Below the pieces are notes generated by a model. It was not told the origin of the DNA and searched no databases. It was given only the letters and a program-made list of their open reading frames with translations. A stretch of DNA of 64,000 bases from the NCBI GenBank assembly GCA_963674595.2, contig CAXXFV010000006.1, positions 160,001 to 224,000 of the forward strand, in the 5' to 3' direction. The stretch is from a bacterium. Its GTDB lineage: Bacteria > Zhuqueibacterota > Zhuqueibacteria > Residuimicrobiales > Krinioviventaceae. The translations under genes and the position numbers were made by a program. Within the stretch, counting starts at the first letter, position 1. Each line of letters opens with the position of its first letter. Of the stretch, positions 10,333 to 19,748 are shown piece after piece.

Positions 10333-10824
10333 GTGATGGAATTGGATATTTCAACACAAGTAGAGTTACATAGCGTTCCTTGTGGACGGTTGTTAGGAAT
10401 TGATTATGGTCAGCGTCGTATTGGATTAGCTTTAAGTGACCCGTCACAATTTTTATCTTCAACGTATAAAACAATTGAGAATAAGAAATCCAAAACTGCA
10501 TTGAAAGAAATTTCAGACATTGCTGTATCTCAAAATATATCTGCGATAGTTATTGGTTTACCATTACATATGAATGGCTCCGTTGGAGAGCGTGCACAAC
10601 AAGTTATACAATTTCAGGTTGATTTGGCTAAGCAGATAGATGTTCCGTATTTTTTTTGGGATGAACGATGGAGTACAGCCAGTGCTGAAAAATCAATGTT
10701 GGAAACCGGAAAGTCTCCCTCTCGAAACCGGGATAAAATTGATCAGGTCGCAGCAGCTTTTATTCTGCAGAGCTTTCTCGATAGAATTAATTATATGCGC
10801 CGTAATCAAGAGACACAAAAATAA
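10333..10824 (+). CDS. yqgF: Pre-16S rRNA nuclease YqgF (RuvX)
   Basis: LGIDYGQRRIGLALSD, VIGLP, DERWST and IDQVAAAFILQ motifs. Confidence 0.95.
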   Translation: MMELDISTQVELHSVPCGRLLGIDYGQRRIGLALSDPSQFLSSTYKTIENKKSKTALKEISDIAVSQNISAIVIGLPLHMNGSVGERAQQVIQFQVDLAKQIDVPYFFWDERWSTASAEKSMLETGKSPSRNRDKIDQVAAAFILQSFLDRINYMRRNQETQK

Positions 10825-10888
10825 GAATTTATGGCTTTAAATGCCAAGAGGAAAAACCTAAACTAAAATACAGAAATTTAAATAATAC

Positions 10889-12424
10889 ATGCGACGAAAT
10901 TTAGCGCTTGGATTAATAACCGGGATCTTGTTAGCCCTGTCATTTCCACCATTAAAAAGTGGTTTTTTAGCTTATGGGGCTTTGATCCCTTTCTTTTTTA
11001 TTCTCGAAAAAGAAAAAGGATTTCAAGCCTTTCGTTATGGCTATTTCACTGGACTGTTCATTGACATTGCTACACTTTATTGGATCGGATGGGTAACCAT
11101 TCCAGGGTGTATTGGCGCCCTTCTTGTATTGCCATTATTTATTGGTTTATATGCATGGTTACATACAATGCTCATTCACTCCAAAAAAATGTATTCCTAT
11201 TTTGCCCTGCCGTTTTTATGGACAGCAATAGAGTACTTGCAGTCATTTGGTGAAACAGCTTTTCCCTGGAATTATATTGGTTATACACAATCCTATTATT
11301 TGCCGTTGATTCAAAACGTCGAATATTTATCTGTTTATGGAACAAGTTTTTGGATTGTTTTGCTGAATATTTTATTGTTTTTATTATGGAAACACAGACA
11401 TAATAGAAAAAATGTTCTCGTTTTTGCTTTTGTTTTTTTAGCCGCTTTTATTATTCCGCTAGTGCATGGATTTTATGCATTAAAAAAACAACCTTCACAT
11501 AACACAATGTTAACGATTGCGCTGATTCAGGGAAATATAGATCCTTTTGAAAAGTGGGATAAAAATCTGAATAAACGAAATCTTGAGGCTTATGAAAAAT
11601 TAAGTCACACTGTTCTTGAGGATCACCCGGACTTGATTATTTGGCCTGAAACAGCAATGCCCTTTGCTTTACGATATGAACCTGCTTTTTTAAATCAAAT
11701 AAGAAATTTTGTAGATTCTACAAATACACCAATCATGACGGGCACAATTGATTACGAGTTTTTTAAAGACGGCAGTTATAAATACTTTAATGCCGCTATG
11801 ATAATTCGTCCTCATGATTTCGCTATCGATAATTATAGAAAAATGAAGCTGGTACCCTTTTCAGAAAGAGTGCCTTATAGAAATTATTTTCCGTTTAATT
11901 TCCTCAAGAATTTTTTATATGACCTTGAATTAGGTGTTGGTGATTATTCTTTAGGACAGGAATCTAATGTTTTTCTATTTGAAAATAAAAGTGCGACTAC
12001 AGATTCAATAGTTGGTTTTTCAGTACCGATATGTTATGAATCTGTATTTCCTTCAAGTGTTAGAAATTTTGTTAAAAACGGTGCCCGGTTTTTAACTATT
12101 ATTACAAATGATGCATGGTTTGGTAAAACATCAGCGCCATTTCAACATGCCCAAATTGCTGTTTTCCGTGCTATTGAAAACCGTACCTCTATTGCCAGGT
12201 GTGCCAATACAGGGATAAGCTGTTTTATTGATTCATTTGGACGTGTAACAAAATCAACACCGATATTTACTGAAACTGTTGTTACAGGTTCTTTAACTAC
12301 AAATACATATAAAACATTCTATACAAAATATGGAAATGTTTTTGCGCAAATTGTTACTCTAGTCACTTTGCTGTTTATTTTATTTAATGTTGCAGGCATT
12401 TTTCTTTTTAAGAGAAAAATTTGA
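10889..12424 (+). CDS. lnt: Apolipoprotein N-acyltransferase
   Basis: Multiple TM helices; nitrilase triad in WPET, KLVPFSE and ICYES; TNDAWFG. Confidence 0.96.
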   Translation: MRRNLALGLITGILLALSFPPLKSGFLAYGALIPFFFILEKEKGFQAFRYGYFTGLFIDIATLYWIGWVTIPGCIGALLVLPLFIGLYAWLHTMLIHSKKMYSYFALPFLWTAIEYLQSFGETAFPWNYIGYTQSYYLPLIQNVEYLSVYGTSFWIVLLNILLFLLWKHRHNRKNVLVFAFVFLAAFIIPLVHGFYALKKQPSHNTMLTIALIQGNIDPFEKWDKNLNKRNLEAYEKLSHTVLEDHPDLIIWPETAMPFALRYEPAFLNQIRNFVDSTNTPIMTGTIDYEFFKDGSYKYFNAAMIIRPHDFAIDNYRKMKLVPFSERVPYRNYFPFNFLKNFLYDLELGVGDYSLGQESNVFLFENKSATTDSIVGFSVPICYESVFPSSVRNFVKNGARFLTIITNDAWFGKTSAPFQHAQIAVFRAIENRTSIARCANTGISCFIDSFGRVTKSTPIFTETVVTGSLTTNTYKTFYTKYGNVFAQIVTLVTLLFILFNVAGIFLFKRKI

Positions 12425-13461
12425 ATATTACAGGTCCTTTGAAAATTTTTTGCAAGCAGACGTACATGATAGCTGTTTTGGTTATTATGTTTATTATTAC
12501 ATTTGGTAATAATGCTTTTCCCGACGAACGTTATTCAGCAAACAGTCCTGCTGGAATTCGGGCCCTGGGAATGGGTGGGGCTTGTACTGCGGTCTATGAT
12601 GATTTGGCTGCTTCGATTCACAATCCCGCATTTTTGGGATTAAATAACAGAGATTACAATGGATTTTCATTTTTTGTAAATCCGTTGGGCATTGCCGCTG
12701 TAATTACTGATTCTGATGATTTAAAACATAATTCTATTGATATAATAGATGCCGTTCATCTTTTTGGATCAGCAGTAAAAGGAATTTCTTTTTCGCAGCA
12801 GTTTATAACATCAACATTGATTTTGTCCGAATCGTTAACTGATTTTTCCGAACCATCAGGCAAATTTTTTTCATCTGATAAGCTTTTGGACTGGAATTTT
12901 GATGTTTTTTCAACACAGTTTAAATTTGCCGAACAGTTTTCTATCGGTGCTTCCGGTTTTTTATTTACAACTTGTTTTGATAAAACGGAGCGAAAAGGCG
13001 GTTTAGGCTATGGAATAAGGCTTGCTCCTAATCCAAATTTTATCATCGGAGTATCTTATTTTGATATTCCGAATGAAATAGTGCCGTTTTTTATTACAGA
13101 TTTTCGCATTCTTGATGAAACAATAAATGTTGGAATTACCTATTTATATAAAAAGAATATTTTAGTATCTTTAGATATTAAAAACGTAACCGAAGAAAAT
13201 GAAGTGCTGACCAAAGAGATGCACGTAGGAACTGAATTTTATTTTTCAAAATATTTTACAGCACGATCCGGATATTATTATGATCAATATAGAAAACAAA
13301 ATGTGTTTTCATGTGGATTTGGTCTTTTTTCAAACTCTATGTATGAAAAAGAGTTTTTTAACCTTTTTTCAATTAATTTAAATTATGGTTTAGAAATTAA
13401 AAAAAGTGAATATAGAATAAACCAATATCACCATTTATTGTCATTATTAATAAAAATTTAG
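12421..13461 (+). CDS. PorV/FadL-like outer-membrane barrel protein (divergent)
   Basis: Hydrophobic N-terminus, then GIRALGMGGA...HNPA and alternating beta-strand pattern; overlaps the lnt stop by 4 nt. Confidence 0.6.
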   Translation: MNITGPLKIFCKQTYMIAVLVIMFIITFGNNAFPDERYSANSPAGIRALGMGGACTAVYDDLAASIHNPAFLGLNNRDYNGFSFFVNPLGIAAVITDSDDLKHNSIDIIDAVHLFGSAVKGISFSQQFITSTLILSESLTDFSEPSGKFFSSDKLLDWNFDVFSTQFKFAEQFSIGASGFLFTTCFDKTERKGGLGYGIRLAPNPNFIIGVSYFDIPNEIVPFFITDFRILDETINVGITYLYKKNILVSLDIKNVTEENEVLTKEMHVGTEFYFSKYFTARSGYYYDQYRKQNVFSCGFGLFSNSMYEKEFFNLFSINLNYGLEIKKSEYRINQYHHLLSLLIKI

Positions 13462-13495
13462 GAACCTTGGTCATTATAATAGGTTAAACTCAAAC

Positions 13496-14125
13496 GTGGT
13501 TAATGCTTTAAGAAAAATTTTTATTTGCTTTTTTCTAACCTGTTTTATTTCATTGACATTTGCAGATGTTCCTGAAACCAGTACCAACTGGCAAATTTTA
13601 AATAAACTTTGTTATGAACTTTATGTGGATGTTTTTTCTGCCATTTCAATCAACGATTCGACTGCTTATATTATTCAAATAATGAATAGTAATGATGATG
13701 TTAAAAAAATACTCGAGATTCAGTTAGCACGGTATCAGAAAGATAAATCAATTAGCAATTTTTTTATCGGCCAACCATCCGGTTTTAGTAGTTATAACAT
13801 CATTCAAATTGTTCCTGAAGCAATTCCAGTCAAATATTCCAAAGTGAAGAACGATAATAAAGACAGTATTAAAAGAACCATTGATATTAAAGCTTATGCT
13901 AAAGTTACAGATCAGCAAAGCCGTTTGTTTTACGCACAAACATTTGAGAAAAACTATCATGATTTTTTAAATAATGATAATTTTAAAGATATAGAGGATG
14001 AGCAATACCCTGTTACTATTGGTAAGGGAAACAAAAATATTTTTTTAAAATCGTTTGAACCCGTGTTTATCTCTGTAATCACAGCAAGTATAATTTATTT
14101 CTTTTATTCATTTCGTAGTAAATAA
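13496..14125 (+). CDS. Hypothetical exported protein with C-terminal membrane anchor
   Basis: Signal peptide ending TFA; hydrophobic C-terminus EPVFISVITASIIYFFYSFRSK; operonic with bamD. Confidence 0.6.
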   Translation: MVNALRKIFICFFLTCFISLTFADVPETSTNWQILNKLCYELYVDVFSAISINDSTAYIIQIMNSNDDVKKILEIQLARYQKDKSISNFFIGQPSGFSSYNIIQIVPEAIPVKYSKVKNDNKDSIKRTIDIKAYAKVTDQQSRLFYAQTFEKNYHDFLNNDNFKDIEDEQYPVTIGKGNKNIFLKSFEPVFISVITASIIYFFYSFRSK

Positions 14126-14137
14126 ACAGGAAGATTT

Positions 14138-14947
14138 ATGAAATTTCAACGCATCTTAATCGTTTCACTATTCGTAATTTCCACCTTTTTAGTAATGTCT
14201 TGTAGTTCAAAAAAAATCAAACCAAACATTCCTGCCGAAGAGCGTATGAAAATTGCCTTAAAGATGTTTAATGATAAAGATTATTATAATGCGCGTCAGC
14301 AATTCAAGATTATAACATTTAGTCACAGTGGCCTTGCCATGGCAGATAAGGCCCAGTTTTATCTGTCCGAATGTCATTTTTTTATGAAAGAATATATCCT
14401 GGCAGCCAGCGAATACGAACGTTTGACTAAAATTTTTCCAAATTCCGAATATGTCGATGACGCTAAATTCAAACTTGGCGTTTGTTATTATAAATTATCA
14501 CCAAAAGCATCTCTTGATCAGGAATATAATATTAAAGCGATATCTGTTTTTCAAGAGTTCCTTGAGGACTTTTATTCCAGTGACCTTGTGCCTCAAGTAG
14601 AAAAAATGCTTCTCGAATCTCAGACCAAATTGGCCAAAAAGTTATACAGTTCTGCGGAATTATATCGAAAAATGAGCGCTTACGAAGCAGCTATTTTGTA
14701 TTATAACAAAGTCCTTGAAAGATATTATGATACAATCTATGCCCCCAAGGCACAATATTGGATAGGCGAGTGTAATTTAAAAATTAAAAATTATTCTCAG
14801 GCCCTGGAAGCCTACCAGCTTTTTGTAAATAAATATCAGGATGAAAAGCTTGTTAAAAAGGCAAAAAATCGCATTGCCGATATTCAAAAGAAAATCGATA
14901 AAAATAAAGATAAAGAATCAGATAATACAACATCTGAAAATTCATAA
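14138..14947 (+). CDS. bamD: Outer membrane protein assembly factor BamD
   Basis: Lipoprotein signal (VMSC), TPR-like helices, FPNSEY, LDQEY and KLAKKLY motifs. Confidence 0.9.
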   Translation: MKFQRILIVSLFVISTFLVMSCSSKKIKPNIPAEERMKIALKMFNDKDYYNARQQFKIITFSHSGLAMADKAQFYLSECHFFMKEYILAASEYERLTKIFPNSEYVDDAKFKLGVCYYKLSPKASLDQEYNIKAISVFQEFLEDFYSSDLVPQVEKMLLESQTKLAKKLYSSAELYRKMSAYEAAILYYNKVLERYYDTIYAPKAQYWIGECNLKIKNYSQALEAYQLFVNKYQDEKLVKKAKNRIADIQKKIDKNKDKESDNTTSENS

Positions 14948-14952
14948 AATTA

Positions 14953-15552
14953 TTGGATTGTACTTTGAAACTTGGATTATATGGTGGAACTTTTGATCCT
15001 ATTCACATAGCCCATTTGATCCTCGCCGATAAGGCGGTTGAATCTTTAGGCCTTGATAAATTAATTATAATGCCTTGTGCTAATCCACCTCACAAATCAT
15101 CCAAAAATATCAGCAATCCCAAACACCGATTGGAAATGGTAAAACGTGCCGTGGCAGGGCATGAAAAACTGCAAGTGTCTGATTGGGAAATTCAACAGGA
15201 CAATACTTCTTTTACCGTATATACATTGGAAATGCTTACAAAGCAGTACCAGTTAACTAGAGAAAATCTGTACCTTATTCTTGGCGGTGACAACTTGTTT
15301 GATATATCTTTATGGAAAAGTCCTGAGAAAATATATCAATTAGCCCAACTTGCTGTTGCTGCACGGCCTGGTGTTAAACAAGATGCGAATTTACCGGAAT
15401 TTATCAAGTCTTTTTTAAAAATTGAAATGCCGCTTATGGATATATCTTCCAAGGAAATTCGCAAAATGATATCACTTGGTAAAAGTGTCCGATACCTATT
15501 GCAACCCGATGTTTTGCAATATATTAAAACGCATAATCTATATAAAGATTAA
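14953..15552 (+). CDS. nadD: Nicotinate-nucleotide adenylyltransferase
   Basis: GGTFDPIHIAH, PPHK, GGDN and ISSKEIR motifs. Confidence 0.95.
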   Translation: MDCTLKLGLYGGTFDPIHIAHLILADKAVESLGLDKLIIMPCANPPHKSSKNISNPKHRLEMVKRAVAGHEKLQVSDWEIQQDNTSFTVYTLEMLTKQYQLTRENLYLILGGDNLFDISLWKSPEKIYQLAQLAVAARPGVKQDANLPEFIKSFLKIEMPLMDISSKEIRKMISLGKSVRYLLQPDVLQYIKTHNLYKD

Positions 15553-15630
15553 CATAAAAAACAGATTAACCGATCTTTTTTTAACTTTTTTTCTTACCGT
15601 ATTTTAAATATCACTAAAATTGTGTTACCT

Positions 15631-16773
15631 ATGAAAGTTGCTCAAATATGTTCCTCAACATCCTGGGGCGGAATGGAAATGCATGTCAATTTATTGGCTG
15701 AAAAACTTGCAAAACGAGGACATGAGTGCACTATTTTTGGGGCTCCTGAAAGTGCTCTTTTTAAGGATGCCCAAAATCGGTCATTAAATTTTAAATATTT
15801 CAAACCCAACGGATATTTTGATCCGATCAGCATATATAAATATTCACAAATTTTAAAAAATTCTGTTGATCTGGTGCATGTACATTATTCAAAAGATTTA
15901 TGGACCATTGTACCGGTTTTAATGCCCTTGCATAATGTACCGCTTGTCTTTATTAAACATGTTGGAACCGGCAAAGCTAAAAAAGATATTTTCCATCGAT
16001 TTTTATATCATCGTGTTGATCATACTATTGCGATTTCTCAGGTGATTAAAAATAATTTGATTGCAACTCATCCGATAAGCCCGGAAAAAATTTCCATCGT
16101 GCATCACGGAATTGACATGGAAGAATACCGATACGATGTAAATGCGCGTGAGCAAATTCGTCGCGAGCTGCAAATTGCAAATGATGAAATAGTTATCGGC
16201 ACGATTGGAAGATTACAGATTGGTAAAGGACACCTCGAGTTTTTAGAGATGGCAGGTCGTATTACAACTCTATTTAAAAATATCAAATTTTTAATTATTG
16301 GCGATCCCACCCATGGTGAAGAAGACAAAGCTCAACCCATTTATCAAAAGGCCAAAGATTTGAAACTGGAAGATAACGTGCTGTTTCTTGGATTTCGTAA
16401 AGACATTCCCCGTTATTTATCCGCCATGGATATTTTTGCTTTTCCGTCACATGCTGAAGCATTTGGATTGGTTGTTATTGAAGCGATGGCTGCCGTCAGG
16501 CCGGTTGTTTCGAGCAAGTGTGATGGAGTGCTTGATATTATTACAAATGAGCAGGATGGAATGTTGGTCGATCCTAAAAATGTGGATGAGTTGACAAACG
16601 CGGTTAGATTTTTGATAGAAAATCCTGATGAACGATTAAGGCTGGGTGAAAATGCTGTCAAGACCGTTTATAACAGATTTACGACCTCTAAAATGCTCGA
16701 TAAAATTGAAGAAATTTATAAAAATGTTATTAAAGCAAAAACTACAAAATTAAGTGGAGATCAAAATGGCTGA
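15631..16773 (+). CDS. Glycosyltransferase family 4
   Basis: GGME N-terminal motif, GRL...KG, and PSHAEAFGLVVIEAMA (EX7E). Confidence 0.92.
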   Translation: MKVAQICSSTSWGGMEMHVNLLAEKLAKRGHECTIFGAPESALFKDAQNRSLNFKYFKPNGYFDPISIYKYSQILKNSVDLVHVHYSKDLWTIVPVLMPLHNVPLVFIKHVGTGKAKKDIFHRFLYHRVDHTIAISQVIKNNLIATHPISPEKISIVHHGIDMEEYRYDVNAREQIRRELQIANDEIVIGTIGRLQIGKGHLEFLEMAGRITTLFKNIKFLIIGDPTHGEEDKAQPIYQKAKDLKLEDNVLFLGFRKDIPRYLSAMDIFAFPSHAEAFGLVVIEAMAAVRPVVSSKCDGVLDIITNEQDGMLVDPKNVDELTNAVRFLIENPDERLRLGENAVKTVYNRFTTSKMLDKIEEIYKNVIKAKTTKLSGDQNG

Positions 16774-17470
16774 GGAACGAATTGTTCGTTTATTAAAACA
16801 TGTCCCCATGTTCTCGAAATTGAGTGATGATGATGTGGCGCAAATTGTTGACCAATGTGTCCGACGGGAATGTCATAAAGATCAGGTTCTTTTGGTTGAA
16901 GAAGAAGTTGGTCAAACTCTATTCATCATACTAAAGGGTACTGTAAAAATAACGCGAACCAGTGATGAAGGACGTGAGGTCATTTTAACGATGCTAAAAT
17001 CCGGTGATTTTTTTGGAGAATTATCTTTACTGGATGGCAAAGGACGTTCGGCCACTGTTATTGCCATGGAAGATTCGGAACTATTGGCATTACGTCGGGG
17101 TGAATTTTTGCTCATGATTGAAAAACATCCACAACTTTCTATTGAACTTTTAAAAGTTTTGGCTGATCGTATTCGTAGATGTGACACACAAATCGAAAAC
17201 CTGACCTTGCACGATGCTGTTGGACGCGTTGGTGCTACGCTAATTCATGTTGCCGAACAAACAGGATTTTCCCGTGGTTCCAGTAGAATTATCCCCAAAC
17301 TACCGGTGCAACAGGATCTGGCAAATATGGCCGGAACTGCCAGAGAAACAATTTCCCGTGTTATCAGTCTTTTTGAAACAAAAGGATTGCTCGAACGGGA
17401 GGGGCATAGAGTTGTGATTACTAATTTTGATGAATTTCGCGGCGGATATTGGAAAGAAGTTGAAGAGTAA
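16766..17470 (+). CDS. Crp/Fnr family transcriptional regulator (cNMP-binding)
   Basis: FFGELSLL...RSATV cNMP pocket and HTH GTARETISR; no FNR Cys cluster; GGAG RBS before ATG 16766. Confidence 0.92.
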   Translation: MAEERIVRLLKHVPMFSKLSDDDVAQIVDQCVRRECHKDQVLLVEEEVGQTLFIILKGTVKITRTSDEGREVILTMLKSGDFFGELSLLDGKGRSATVIAMEDSELLALRRGEFLLMIEKHPQLSIELLKVLADRIRRCDTQIENLTLHDAVGRVGATLIHVAEQTGFSRGSSRIIPKLPVQQDLANMAGTARETISRVISLFETKGLLEREGHRVVITNFDEFRGGYWKEVEE

Positions 17471-17480
17471 ACCAGTCTTT

Positions 17481-18020
17481 ATGAAAAATATTGAAATAAA
17501 AGCACATTGCCCTAATTTTGATTCTGCCATTAAGGTTTTGAAAACTTTGGATGCTTTATTCCAATGGACCAAAACTCAAAAAGACAGCTATTTTTTATGT
17601 AATACCGGTAAATTAAAACTTCGTCAAGCCGGGGATGTTTGTGATGAATTGATATTCTATAAACGTCCGGATGAATTGATAAAAACGAGTGAATATTTTA
17701 TATATAAATTGAATAACAGTGACGAGTTGTGTCAAGTTTTAGGACCTGCCATTGGAACCGACCTGGTTGTCTTAAAAGAGCGCTCTCTTTATCTATGGGA
17801 AAATGTCCGCATTCATTTGGATGATGTTACAAACCTGGGTAAATTTATTGAATTTGAAGCTGTTGTTTCTGAACAGAATGATGAAAAAATTTCCCGAACG
17901 CGTGTAGAATTTTTAAAAAAGCAATTTAATATAAAAGATAATGAATTAATAACCATTGGATATTATGATATGTTAAATGGAAGAAAGGAGCTTCAGCAAG
18001 CCAATGCCAGATTCTCTTAA
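17481..18020 (+). CDS. CYTH-domain protein (class IV adenylate cyclase/triphosphatase family)
   Basis: NIEIK, QKDSYF, LKLR, KERSLY, RIHLD..LGKFIEFE and terminal Y motifs. Confidence 0.85.
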   Translation: MKNIEIKAHCPNFDSAIKVLKTLDALFQWTKTQKDSYFLCNTGKLKLRQAGDVCDELIFYKRPDELIKTSEYFIYKLNNSDELCQVLGPAIGTDLVVLKERSLYLWENVRIHLDDVTNLGKFIEFEAVVSEQNDEKISRTRVEFLKKQFNIKDNELITIGYYDMLNGRKELQQANARFS

Positions 18021-18960
18021 AGTATTTTCAGGTACCAGTAATCCTCAATTAGTTTCAGAAATTTGTCAATTTTTAGGAATTGAACAGGGTAAGGTTACAA
18101 TTCATCATTTCTCGAACCAAAATATTAAAGTAAAAATAGAAGAAAATGTTAGAAATGATGATGTTTTTGTTATTCAATCCGCTTCTTTGCCGGTTAACGA
18201 TAATTTTATGGAATTATTAATAATGGTGGATGCTCTTCGTTATGCTTCTGCCGGTCGAATCACTGTTGTATCTCCTTATTATTTTTATTCCAGATCAGAT
18301 AAAAAAGATGAACCACGTATTTCCATCACGGCCCGGTTAGTTTCTGACTTGTTACAAACTTCCGGCGCAAACAGAATTTTGACAATGAAATTGCATTCAC
18401 CTCAAATTATGGGATTTTCCAGAATTCCGGTTGACCAGTTATTAGCGACAAATATTATGTTAAAACATTATCAGCAAAAAGATTTGAGTAATGCCGTTGT
18501 TGCTTCTCCCGATGTGGGCAGTGCAAAAAGTTCTCGTGTTATTGCACGACTTTTAAATTTGCCAATGGTTATTTTAGATAAACAACGTGTTGATGATAAT
18601 GAATGTGTAACAATTAATACTATTATCGGTGATGCACGAGATAAAGATGTTCTTATTATCGATGATGAAATTTTATCCGGCGGTTCTGTACTTCAGGCAG
18701 CAAAGGTCTTGAAAGAACATGGCGCCCGCAGAATTTTAACGGGATGCACACATGGATTCTTTACTAAAGATGCTGCTGAAAAATTTGAGGAATCCTGTAT
18801 AGAAGAGATTTTAACAACGAATACAATACCACAAAATCAAATTGAGAATAACGGCAAGTTTCATGTTTTATCTGTTGCCGAAATTTTTGCCAAAGCCATA
18901 AAAGCAATACATTTTGGAGACTCTGTTGGTGCTTTATTCGATGAAAGTTATAAAAGTTAG
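17977..18960 (+). CDS. prs: Ribose-phosphate pyrophosphokinase (divergent Prs)
   Basis: VFSGTSNPQL, MELLIMVDAL, YSRSDKK, VASPDVG and IIDDEILSGGS motifs. The start could be ATG 18004. Confidence 0.88.
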   Translation: MEERSFSKPMPDSLKVFSGTSNPQLVSEICQFLGIEQGKVTIHHFSNQNIKVKIEENVRNDDVFVIQSASLPVNDNFMELLIMVDALRYASAGRITVVSPYYFYSRSDKKDEPRISITARLVSDLLQTSGANRILTMKLHSPQIMGFSRIPVDQLLATNIMLKHYQQKDLSNAVVASPDVGSAKSSRVIARLLNLPMVILDKQRVDDNECVTINTIIGDARDKDVLIIDDEILSGGSVLQAAKVLKEHGARRILTGCTHGFFTKDAAEKFEESCIEEILTTNTIPQNQIENNGKFHVLSVAEIFAKAIKAIHFGDSVGALFDESYKS

Positions 18961-18983
18961 ATAAAAAAACAAATTATTCAGTC

Positions 18984-19012
18984 TTGACTTCTCTAATATT
19001 CTTTTGTAAATT
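18984..19012 (+). promoter_or_regulatory. sigma70-type promoter of the corrinoid protein operon
   Basis: TTGACT-17 nt-TAAATT; GAGGAGG RBS before ATG 19078. Confidence 0.62.
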
Positions 19013-19077
19013 GTCTAACTTTAATTATATTCGACCCAAAAACTTTTTAAAGTAATTATCTTGACGAGGAGGAAATA

Positions 19078-19710
19078 ATGGCTGTATTGGAAGATTTGGC
19101 CGCCAGTGTAATTTCTGGAAATGCCCCAAAAACCGAAGAACTGACCAAAAGTGCACTTGAGGGTGGTATTAACCCTGGTGAAGTCCTTAATAATGGACTG
19201 GTTGCAGGAATGGAAGTTGTCGGTAAAAAATTTAAAAACAATGAATTCTACGTCCCAGAGGTTTTGATTGCCGCAAGAGCAATGAAAGCCGGTATGACCA
19301 TCTTACGGCCAAAACTTGCGGAAACCGGAATTGAACCGATTGGAAAATTTGCCATTGGAACAGTAAAAGGTGATTTGCACGATATCGGAAAAAATCTTGT
19401 TGCTATGATGATGGAAGGTGCCGGATTTGAAGTTGTTGATTTGGGCGTTGATGTTGCACCTGAAAAATTTGTTAATGCCGTAAAAGAGAATAATGTAAGC
19501 TACATTGGTATGTCCGCTCTTTTAACAACAACTATGGTAAATATGAAATCCGTTATTGAAACATTGGTATCCAGTGGTGTCAGAAACGATGTTAAAGTTG
19601 TTGTTGGTGGCGCTCCATTAACACAAAATTTTGCCGATGAAATTGGTGCCGATGGTTATGCAGCAGATGCAGCAAGCGCAGTAGATTTGGTTAAAGGTAT
19701 GTTAAATTAA
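19078..19710 (+). CDS. Stand-alone corrinoid (B12-binding) protein, MtbC/MttC/MetH-cap type
   Basis: Cap domain (EFYVPEVLIAARAM), base-off His-on motif DLHDIGKNLV, SALLTTT and GGAP. Confidence 0.95.
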   Translation: MAVLEDLAASVISGNAPKTEELTKSALEGGINPGEVLNNGLVAGMEVVGKKFKNNEFYVPEVLIAARAMKAGMTILRPKLAETGIEPIGKFAIGTVKGDLHDIGKNLVAMMMEGAGFEVVDLGVDVAPEKFVNAVKENNVSYIGMSALLTTTMVNMKSVIETLVSSGVRNDVKVVVGGAPLTQNFADEIGADGYAADAASAVDLVKGMLN

Positions 19711-19748
19711 TCGAATATATTTTAATTTTTAAAATGAGTTGAGGAAAA

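Noticed and set aside
18961-19077. Cobalamin riboswitch upstream of the corrinoid protein
   Set aside because: The leader is only ~60 nt after the predicted promoter, is AT-rich, and has no B12-box.
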